Origin: Xylographa opegraphella
Lineage: Eukaryota
Length of the DNA stretch: 64,000 bases
Direction: 5' to 3'
Assembly (NCBI GenBank): GCA_022813865.1
Contig: JALDZX010000017.1
Location: 248,001 to 312,000, forward strand
Program-made: the position numbers and the translations under genes
Part shown: positions 47,630-56,651 of the stretch, piece by piece
Position numbering within the stretch: position 1 is the first letter of the stretch
How the letters are laid out: each line of letters opens with the position of its first letter
Notes under the pieces: model-generated
What the model was told of the DNA's origin: nothing
Database searches by the model: none
What the model saw: only the letters and a program-made list of their open reading frames with translations

Positions 47630-48842
47630 GCTGAGGTGGTAGGAACGCGCCGGATGAATGAGCAGTGCTCTGCAATCTATACGATGCAGTCAAAGAGCGA
47701 CAACGAAAGGCAGGCTGTGCCGTCAAGGTCGCGATCTAAACAAAACACATGTTCTCCGCAGCATTACAGCATACTCAGTTAGAACAAGAGCATACTGGGG
47801 CATTGGATGGCAGACCGGCAATCGTCTTCCATTCGCCACCCTCGCTCAGGAGATGACGTTGGGCCCTTTCTCCACGGTCTTGGACTGCCCTAGTTGCAAG
47901 CTCCAGGGACAGAACGCGTGGTGGGTGCAGTGATGCAAGAAAGAGAGTCCACTGCTGCTGCTCCTCATTGCTTGTTCTCCGATTGAATACGAATGCCAAT
48001 GGTGAATGGACCCAGTGATCTGTCTCGGGAACGGGCTTGGCCATCAGTGGTGGCAGATCATCCCCTAAGAGAATACCGAAGAGGCGGGGCGATGACGGCG
48101 GTATCAGGTGCCATTGGGCTGGTTTTCGGCAGCTAATGCAGCTAAGATAGCTAACACGAGACCCCCGGACCACCGCCCATCCGAGACCGAGTCTGGACCG
48201 TATTGCGTAAGGTATCCTATTATTTCCCTATTCTCTCTTGACTTTCTCTCCACCACAGCGGGCCTCGAGCCACTTTTCAACAGAGCCTCTCCACCAACAT
48301 CATGCAATGGCTAGCCTACCAGTCGGTGTTTGCTCGGCATATTTCTATCTACCTACGAGTCGCACGCGATGGCTGTGCTTCGTTCACCGTTGTTCCGCTC
48401 GGCCCGTGGCACTTCCACGTAAGCTCGTCTGCTACAGCCTCTTCCGGATGCGCAAAACACGCACGCAACATGGTCGAGCCTTTCGATTCAAGTCGAAAGC
48501 GTTTTCTGCATCAGCTCCGAAACAAGATGCGCTGATAGGTGGGCAAAGTCTCGTTGTCTCAAGTAGTCATCCTTCCAGCATGTGAGTTGTGATGGTTGGC
48601 CGTTCGTTGGTGCGTTGCAACATCCAACGTGCCCCAACGTCCTGATACACATCACCGTCGCTTTATATCGTCTTCCTGGGTATCCCTCTCTCTCAGCCTT
48701 CATCTGTAATTGAAGTCAAGTCTTGCTTTCTTTGCGGACCGAGTCCCCCATTACCAGCGGTGATCTTTCTTTCGCTTTTCCATTCCTTTTAGAGTACCAC
48801 GGCCCTGGAGGCTCAGGAGAAGTATACTCTCCGTTCACCATC

Positions 48843-49892
48843 ATGAGTGGTCCTATCTATAATGCCGTCCGCCGGTCGCAGGGCTCTCAAGCACCGACCG
48901 TCGTAGGCTCACAAACATCACCCACCGCATCGACCTTCTCCGACCCGAAAGCGGCGACCTATCTCACAAAAGCCGATCTGCGAGCGGGGACGAAGCATCG
49001 GAAGCGCTTCGCTATCGCGACCAGTGTCTTCTTCTTCATCACTCTTGTCATGTTGATTCTCGTCCAAATTGGCAATCTCTCCAACAACCACGTCCTCGGC
49101 GATCTATACTTCTTCAAAATCGACACCACGAACATAATTCTTGCCGACCCGGGCATGAACTCGAAGATGCAGAAGTCCATAGCGGAATCGGCTGGCCTTC
49201 ACGACTTCTATCAAGTGGGGATGTGGAGCTTCTGCGAGGGATACAACGACGTGGGTATCACGGCCTGCAGCCGGCCCGCGCTGATGTACTGGTTCAACCC
49301 CGTGCAAATCATCCTCGACGAGCTCTTCAGCGGGAAACAAGGTCTGTTCTTTCCATCTCGCCCGTCACAAAAAACCCCCATACTAACAAATACCACAGTC
49401 ACCCTTCCCCCGGACGTTTCCAACTACCTTTCCGTCATCCGCGCCGCCTCGCACGTCATGTTCGTCATGTTCTTCGCCTCGACCTTCACCTCCTTCCTGC
49501 TCATCTTCCTCTGCCCCTTGGCCGTCTACTCGCGCCTCGTGTCCATCCCGATCGCGCTCTTCGCCCTCATCTCCGGCCTCATGACCTTCATCGCCGCCGG
49601 CATCTCCACCGGCATGTGGCTCGTCCTCAAGAAAGACATCCTCGCCAACGCGGCCGACATCAACATCGTCCCCAGCATCGGCACCAAGCTCTTTATCCTC
49701 ATGTGGATCGCCGCCGGCTGCAGCCTGTTCGCCGCCCTCGGCCAGGTCGGCATGATGTGCTGCGGCACGAGCAGGAGGGATATCAAGACGGGGCGGAGGC
49801 CAGTGGGGAGGAAGGCACGCACAGAGGGCGGGGTGCCCGTAGAGGAGAACCCGGCGTTGCGGCGAAGGTGGTGGGGAAGCGTGAGCCAGTGA
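48843..49892 (+). CDS. SUR7/PalI-family tetraspan membrane protein
   Basis: Four hydrophobic helices; GLHDFYQVGMWSFCEGY..C motif; YWFNPV; intron 49342-49398. Confidence 0.9.
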   Translation: MSGPIYNAVRRSQGSQAPTVVGSQTSPTASTFSDPKAATYLTKADLRAGTKHRKRFAIATSVFFFITLVMLILVQIGNLSNNHVLGDLYFFKIDTTNIILADPGMNSKMQKSIAESAGLHDFYQVGMWSFCEGYNDVGITACSRPALMYWFNPVQIILDELFSGKQGLFFPSRPSQKTPILTNTTVTLPPDVSNYLSVIRAASHVMFVMFFASTFTSFLLIFLCPLAVYSRLVSIPIALFALISGLMTFIAAGISTGMWLVLKKDILANAADINIVPSIGTKLFILMWIAAGCSLFAALGQVGMMCCGTSRRDIKTGRRPVGRKARTEGGVPVEENPALRRRWWGSVSQ

Positions 49893-50439
49893 GGAAGGGA
49901 GGGCCTGGAAGTGTATCTGGCCTCTGTAGCGTTATTGCATAGCGTGGTTGGGCCTGCTTTGGAGACTATACTCTGCATCGCGAGGGCGTTCCTGGGCGGT
50001 TTTCTAACAAGAAAGGGTTGCATGGAACTTGTGTTTTGTGGCCTTGGAATGTCAAGCTCGCTTCGTCTGCTGTCCTCCTGGTAGCCTGTTCGTACCATCC
50101 TAAGATACTTGATATACTGGACGGTCCGTTCACCGCGAGTGAGCATCTACTCCACAACCACCCCGCGAAGAGTTATGCTTGACTACCTCGCCACCTGATC
50201 GCACTGTTCTCGTAGGTACACATCGAAACTAGCCCTTCGATCTACATGCGAAGCACAACCGCTACTTCGCAGCACCATCACTCCTCCACACGGCTCCACC
50301 AGACTTCTCGAAATGGCTTCATCTCTACCATAGCGAATCGATCTCTACCACGAGAAGTCACCCGGAACCGCACTCATATCGACAACGCAAAGTATCCCAT
50401 TCAGATATGAGCAGCTATGAACAAGTCGAACGAAATCTA

Positions 50440-50660
50440 ACCGTCGTATCGAACAGCGCAAGCGCAAAGATAGGCCCATCCACACGCGCGTAGATGCGAG
50501 CAGATGCCACAAGAGCAGACACTCGTGAGAAACAGCGCCAGGTTTCTCCGTGCCACGAGTCCGTAGCTGTGAGCGGATGAAAACAAAGAGCAAACACTCG
50601 TGAGCAGAGCGCAAAGGTATCCATCGCACATATCCGTAGCTGGTGAAAAAACCCAACGAG
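50440..50660. repeat. Degenerate ~75-bp tandem repeat (2-3 copies)
   Basis: aagagcagacactcgtgagaaacagcgccaggt..tccgtagctg (from 50511) versus aagagcaaacactcgtgagcagagcgcaaaggt..tccgtagctg (from 50586); weaker copy upstream. Confidence 0.65.
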
Positions 50661-50784
50661 AGGAAATATAAAAACAAAACGCCAGCAACACCACAAAAGC
50701 AATCAAGGCTTCCAGCCACTTGGGTATCTTCGCTATGCACGACATAGGAGATTCGTCATATCATAAACCTCAGCTCCTCCTACC

Positions 50785-52083
50785 CTAATCGTCGTCCAGC
50801 ACAATCGCATTCTGCACCGACTCGCCGCGCGAGACCGGGCCCATGTCCTCCTCCTCCTCCTCTCCATCGTCTTCTTCCTCCTCCTCCTCATCGATCTCTT
50901 CTTCCTCGTCTTCCTCGTCTTCCTCGTCGTCCCCTTCCTCGCCTTCGTCCCCGTATCCTTTGTATCTCACTCCAGCTTCCTCTGCCTCCTCGTCTTCGTA
51001 CTCGTCATATTTGGCGTAAGCCCCGAAGGGCGCGAGAGCTTCCGCCCCTGCCTCATACATGGCATCCTCCTCGAAATCTGTGTGCCCGTAGGCCTCAGTT
51101 CGGCGGCGCTTGTCGGAGAAGGCCAGGAAGTCTGCATCGTGCTCCGGGGAGAGGGAGCGCTTGGTGCCATGGTGAGGAGTGTAGGATAACGGATTGATGG
51201 GGCCGCTGGCGGCCCCGCCGACGTATTCTTCCTCCTCGTCTCGTATACGTGCGGCGGCGAGGTCCTGTCGGTGCTTGATGTCGTCCTCTTCAGTGAAGAA
51301 GAGGGATTCGTGCTCGGGGGCCTCGCTGATGATGGATCCGTGGCGATGCCGCTTGCGGCCCCGATCATCTTCACCATCGAAGTCGTCCGGGGCGAGGTGG
51401 TTGGCAACTTCTTGTTCGGGGAGGCTTGCCCCTTCCAGCATCTCTTCTCGCAGCATTTGAGCCACCACTGGCTGCAGTTCCTCGCGAAGCTGTACGGCAA
51501 TTCTAGGGCTCATGTAGTCGCGGATTCGATGATGGAGGCGCCGTTCAATATTGTCCCGGCACTCAACATCCACCTTCATGGCAAGTTCTTGCTTCAGGTG
51601 CTCGTAAACTTCCTCTTCCATTTCAGCACGAAGGTCCCTGCGTAGCTCATCCTTGACTTCCGCCATTGCCTGGTCCTGCAATTCGGTCTTCAAATTTGCG
51701 AGAATCTTCGCCTTGTATCGAGCTTTGATGTCTTTGACGACCTCCCCATGAAGTTCTTGTTTGAGTTGTTCTTTGACTTCAGCTCCAAGTTCGTTCTTCA
51801 ATTGGGCGAAAACCTTCTCATGTATCTCTTGCTTGTATGCTTCGGTAGCGGCCTTCATTGCAACTTCAGTCAAGTAAATACGCTGCGCAGCTTCAACTTG
51901 TTCACGCACGGTGGCTTTGGCGAGCAGAGCAGTGCGAGCTTTCTTCTCAGCGAGTTTAGCAACTGCGTTCTCGGACACAGCTCTCTTGGCGCGCTCGATG
52001 GTATCATGTATGCCTTTTGCAGCGGAGGTTGGGGCAAGGAGACCACCGAACGTAGGGGTAATTGGTGACAAGATGGAAGGCAT
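50785..52083 (-). CDS. Orphan helical-repeat protein with highly acidic tail
   Basis: First ATG at 52083 (MPSILSP); 12-residue helical repeats; basic NLS-like clusters; poly-E/D tract; C-terminal NAIVLDDD. Confidence 0.72.
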   Translation of the reverse strand: MPSILSPITPTFGGLLAPTSAAKGIHDTIERAKRAVSENAVAKLAEKKARTALLAKATVREQVEAAQRIYLTEVAMKAATEAYKQEIHEKVFAQLKNELGAEVKEQLKQELHGEVVKDIKARYKAKILANLKTELQDQAMAEVKDELRRDLRAEMEEEVYEHLKQELAMKVDVECRDNIERRLHHRIRDYMSPRIAVQLREELQPVVAQMLREEMLEGASLPEQEVANHLAPDDFDGEDDRGRKRHRHGSIISEAPEHESLFFTEEDDIKHRQDLAAARIRDEEEEYVGGAASGPINPLSYTPHHGTKRSLSPEHDADFLAFSDKRRRTEAYGHTDFEEDAMYEAGAEALAPFGAYAKYDEYEDEEAEEAGVRYKGYGDEGEEGDDEEDEEDEEEEIDEEEEEEDDGEEEEEDMGPVSRGESVQNAIVLDDD

Positions 52084-52196
52084 TGTGACTGAGTAGCTAT
52101 CAAAAAGTATGGTATTAAGCGACCGGCGCAAAGTGCAATGACTTGAATGTTGAGTTGAAAATGAGGTTGCGACAATGTGTATTGGAGCCTTCTGCG

Positions 52197-52391
52197 ATAA
52201 AGCTGCGTACAATGAAGCCGTGTGAGATGAAGCTGTGTGTACTGAAACTGTGTGTAGTGGAGCTGTGTGAGATGAAGCTGGGTGAAGTAGATTTGTGTGT
52301 ACTGGAGCTAAGTGAACTGGAGCTGAGTGAACTGGAGCTGTGTGAACTGGAGCTGTGTGAGATGAGTCCGTACAAGATGAAGCTCTGGCGC
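52197..52391. repeat. 15-bp minisatellite, about 13 copies
   Basis: Units atgaagctgtgtgta / gtggagctgtgtgag / ctggagctgtgtgaa and variants, in exact 15-bp register. Confidence 0.9.
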
Positions 52392-53183
52392 GATGGATAT
52401 GTGCGCAATAAAGCTCTCTCCAAAGCTCTGTGCAATGTTGCTATGTGCTGTGGAGCTTTGTGCAATGAAGTTGTGTAGTCTGTGGTATGTACGAAGACAG
52501 AGGTCAGATCGACGGTAGTCAAGGAGTGCAACGAAGCTTCAAGTCTCCATCAAAGAGCTGGGAATTAATCCTGAGAGCTCGGATACCTGTTCGAACGAGT
52601 GATCTGGAGAGTTGTAGGTTGGAAGAAATCGTCGGGATTGTTATAGACAGAGAGAAGGCACTAGAGAGCTCAATAGGAAGCTCTGCCCATTGAGCAACGC
52701 TGATTGGCTGAATAGCGGACAATGTCGGGGCGGGATGACAATAAGGTAGACGCTGTTTTAGGAACTGGGCCGAGGTTAACACTGTGAAGGTTTAATAACA
52801 CAGAAGGCGAAAGTGTTATTACATTACTGCTAACCCGCCAGAGTTATTGAAAGCCTGTTTTGCTACCAGTTCTCTCGTTTCTTCTTTAGCTTCACGTAAG
52901 TCATGTGCGAAAAGCAAACAGATTTCATTATGGATCTGCACTTCAACTATTAATGCATGAATCTTTGTTAAGATAATCTACAGGAGATGTGCCAGATATT
53001 CACATAACTTTTATTACTAACTTTTCCTTTTCATATCTGATACTTTACTACTTTACTACCTATGTGACAGATGTCAATTAATAGGGGTGTCCTTGGGTGA
53101 AGGGGCTAAGGCTCAGTGCAGATATGCCACGTGGGGCATATGGGTGCTGTAGAGGATAACTCTTAAATAACGAATGCTATGGG

Positions 53184-54500
53184 CTATACGACTCCGTTAC
53201 ATGAGTTAAACACGCCGAACTCCAAGCAAATCTTCTGCCTGTTCATATAGTTCTTGTCCTGTGCCTGTGTAACCAGCGCCATGTGACCGTGGTAACCGCA
53301 AAGATAGGCCTCGGTATCATAACAAGTCAGTTCCTTCTCGTAATATCGTAAGGACTCCTCATGATCTCCGAGGCTTGGTTGGTCCATCGCAACGTCATTT
53401 GTTCGATCACCAGGGAATATTCCTTCTTTCTCCCACTTCGATAGGGTCGGGTTGCTGATAGTTGCAGGAGTAACACAATGGAAACAGGTAACTCCATAGG
53501 TTTTTCGGTGGCCTGGGAAGGTTAAATCCAGGAATCCTCCAAGAGTTGAAGGATTGCGGATTTGGCCATGCGGTCCGATGCTGTGCCCCAATTTCGCTTC
53601 TTGAGCCCAATTATCTTCTCCCAAGATCGCCCGCTCTTCGTGGAGAACAATTTTCCCTCTCGAGACCTCTACTGCTACATCGTCCATCCCATAATTCTCA
53701 ATGACCAGCACTATTCTCTCGGTAGTATAGTGCCAATCGGGCACAGAATCCTCAGCGATTGTGACCACTATGGTTACTGGGCACGTATTGTCGAGAGTGT
53801 AGTGTTTTCCTCGTCGGAAAAGCTCCAAACTGATCCACTCTTTGCCACGTAGAAGTTCGTGTATAGTGACTCGTATGTCCCTCCAGATCTTCATCGAAAG
53901 ATGTTCGACTTCAACCTCCCATGACTGAAGTGGGGTGATGCCCATAGGACTAGCGATCTCAATATTCAAGTCCTGGAGGCCTTGTTCAATGAAGAACTCT
54001 CGTATCTTTATGCATGCACTGTACCACGTTTTACTATCTTCGCGGTTATCAGCACAGCCAACTACTACAGTTTCTGATTCTTCATCCGTAGTATTGTGGT
54101 TGTCAAAGAACCACGTTCTTCGCAGCAGAGCCAAATCTTCATAGTTGACCTTTTCCTCATCAAGTATCTTTGCAACCTCGGCTCTGAGGCCGTTTTCGTA
54201 TGCTCGTCTATTTAAACTTCCTCGGCTGATCTCACCAATGAGCGCAGGTAATCGGCATAGATTGGGGCCTCCCACTCTTCCCGGTCCAATGGTGATCTCC
54301 TCTGATCGAATTTCGCGGAATTCTGTCTCGTATGGGATGCCCTTGTATCTTCGAACTCGGTTGCCGCGCAGAGCATCTGAAGGAGGCGTTTGAGGAGAGG
54401 TCAAGATGATGGGTGGACCGACATACAATTCTTCAGAAGGCCGTTCTTTCTCGTGACAAGTGGAAGGAGTCATCATTCCAGGTAATACAATTCTATACAC
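53184..54500 (-). CDS. Hypothetical protein carrying only the N-terminal part of a trypsin-like (PA clan) protease domain; probably truncated
   Basis: 438-aa ORF with LGHSIG..STLGGF..YGVTCFHCV..QPS motifs typical of fungal trypsin-like peptidases; no DWAL or GDSG motif before the stop. Confidence 0.6.
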   Translation of the reverse strand: MYRIVLPGMMTPSTCHEKERPSEELYVGPPIILTSPQTPPSDALRGNRVRRYKGIPYETEFREIRSEEITIGPGRVGGPNLCRLPALIGEISRGSLNRRAYENGLRAEVAKILDEEKVNYEDLALLRRTWFFDNHNTTDEESETVVVGCADNREDSKTWYSACIKIREFFIEQGLQDLNIEIASPMGITPLQSWEVEVEHLSMKIWRDIRVTIHELLRGKEWISLELFRRGKHYTLDNTCPVTIVVTIAEDSVPDWHYTTERIVLVIENYGMDDVAVEVSRGKIVLHEERAILGEDNWAQEAKLGHSIGPHGQIRNPSTLGGFLDLTFPGHRKTYGVTCFHCVTPATISNPTLSKWEKEGIFPGDRTNDVAMDQPSLGDHEESLRYYEKELTCYDTEAYLCGYHGHMALVTQAQDKNYMNRQKICLEFGVFNSCNGVV

Positions 54501-54547
54501 ACACTCAACTCGCTGCAGAAGAAGTAAGGCTTTACAAGAAGAGAAAT

Positions 54548-54639
54548 CAAGATATTGGTGATTGTGGAGAAGACCAATCGATAATCGTCGAGAAGATCAG
54601 TTGATAATCGCTAGGAGAATCAGTCTATAATTGTAAAGA
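54548..54639. repeat. Degenerate 23-bp tandem repeat (3-4 copies)
   Basis: agaccaatcgataatcgtcgaga / agatcagttgataatcgctagga / gaatcagtctataattgtaaaga. Confidence 0.65.
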
Positions 54640-55583
54640 AGTGATAAAGAGGATAATGGGCAAAGCGTATCATCATATATAATATCTTCAACAAGAACAA
54701 ATGGCAGAAGAAATAAATGAGCTTTTATTCTTGAACTTGTGAGTCAATCTTTTTTAATAAGGTTTGGACTCCGCGTAACTTTCCGAGACAGCGAAAAGTT
54801 ATCACTAGGTCGGTGGGTACGAAGTATGAATAGACTCGGGACAAATTTTTCCCGACCTTCTTGCAGGATCCGATGCCAGATCAGAGACGTGAAGGAGTTC
54901 TTCTTGACTTATTCACCTCCAGCAGCAGATTGAGGCTAACGGACTTTGTCAGACCTATAAACTCCTTGGCAGTATAATCACTTATACACATTCGTTCTGC
55001 TCTTGTACCTGTCGGACAACTTGATGCAGCCTCTTTCGAATACTAAAATTTGGAATCATAATTTTCACTGTGAAGGTGTGCCTTGATTTGTTATATATTT
55101 TCTTGTAAAACACAATGAGCATCTGTTTGACGTCTATTTGGAAACTCCAGCATTGCTTTAGAGGTGGGTCGGTAGCTCTGCTTAAAAATCGCCATTTAGA
55201 ACCACTGGAAGCTTGTCAGAGCTACCCAGCGGACACCTGAGATCGACCGAGTACATCATAGTCTGAGGAGAGACAAAAACAAGTCGAGAAAGCTGAGTAA
55301 GCTCTATACTGACCGACAGGTCGCCTACAATTAAGGGTAGCATGCCGAGAAGCAATCTCAACGATGGTGTAGTTTGAAGCCGAGGTCATGAAATAGGCTG
55401 TAGGGCTGACCCCACTAGCGCATGAGTCCAAACACTAGTGGTAGTCGATGAGAATAGACAAAATTGGAATCGCTCTGATTGGCCATGGAGGATGGTTGAT
55501 GCTGAAAGTATCTGCTGCTACGAGTGACTGAAACATTGTCCTTCTGGTCCGCACCTACCTTATCCTCAATACCTTCTAGCAAC

Positions 55584-56353
55584 ATGGACATCCGACCCCT
55601 CCGCCCCTCCGACATCCCCCACGTGCAGCAGACGAACCTCACCAACCTGCCCGAGAACTACTTCCTCAAATACTACCTCTACCATGCCCTTTCGTGGCCC
55701 ACCCTCTCCTACGTCGCGGTCGACACCTCCCGCCCCGCCAAAACCCCCTACGACCCTCCCCGCATCGTCGGCTACGTGCTCGCGAAGATGGAAGAAGAGC
55801 CCGCGGACGGGGTGCAGCACGGGCACATCACGAGCTTGAGCGTCATGCGGACGCACCGCCGCTTAGGGCTCGCGGAGAAGCTGATGCGGATGAGCCGTAC
55901 GTGTTGGCCCCCCCCTTACAGTCCCGGCGGCGCGGCTGTTTTCCTTTCACTGTATTCGTTCTGAGAGCAAGCGCTGACGCTTTTCTGGCACGTTTAGAAC
56001 GCGCGATGCTGGAATCGCACGCTGCGCAGTATGTTTCGCTGCATGTGCGCATGTCGAATACCGCGGCGCTGCATCTGTACCGCGATAGGCTGGGCTTTAA
56101 GGTCGAGAAGGTTGAGAGCAAGTACTATGCCGATGGTGAGGATGCTTATAGTATGAAGATGGATCTAGGCTTTCTGCGGGAGGAGGCATTGGATGAGGGG
56201 AGCGAGGCGGAGGACGAGGGTGAGGAGGTGGGCGAGACCGGGAAGAAGGAGGACGGGGCGGAGGTGAAGAAGAAGAGTAAAAAGAGGAAGGTGAAGGTAG
56301 GCCGAGGATTGGGCGTAGGGGATCTGGTGGAGAGGAATGAGAGCAGGGCGTGA
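55584..56353 (+). CDS. ARD1: NatA N-terminal acetyltransferase catalytic subunit (Naa10)
   Basis: [77 protein letters not shown]; one intron. Confidence 0.97.
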
Positions 56354-56651
56354 TGGGGAGCTCATGCATTTGGAGAAAGAAATATATGGTAGATCTTACA
56401 ATGGAAATCGTGAGTACCGTATTATATTTGGTATGCTTTGATAAATCATAAAGAATTAAATGTCAACGTACATGTTGTATTAATAATTTCATTAATCGTT
56501 ACCGATTGTGAACGACAGTCCAGTGCTATTTCCAACCCCTGTTATCAGATCGGCCAACTCCCTGAAACGAAATATGGCATCATCACCCAAGCAATACCTC
56601 TATTGCAAGTCGTCTTGGAAAGGCAGGAGAACCTGTTGGCTCAACTCACAC

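Noticed and set aside
47650..48800. ORFs between the PLC-like and SUR7 genes
   Set aside because: Divergent promoter/UTR region; the translations lack coding character.
52197..52391. Repeat arrays as CRISPR
   Set aside because: Contiguous degenerate units without unique spacers, no cas genes, eukaryotic context.
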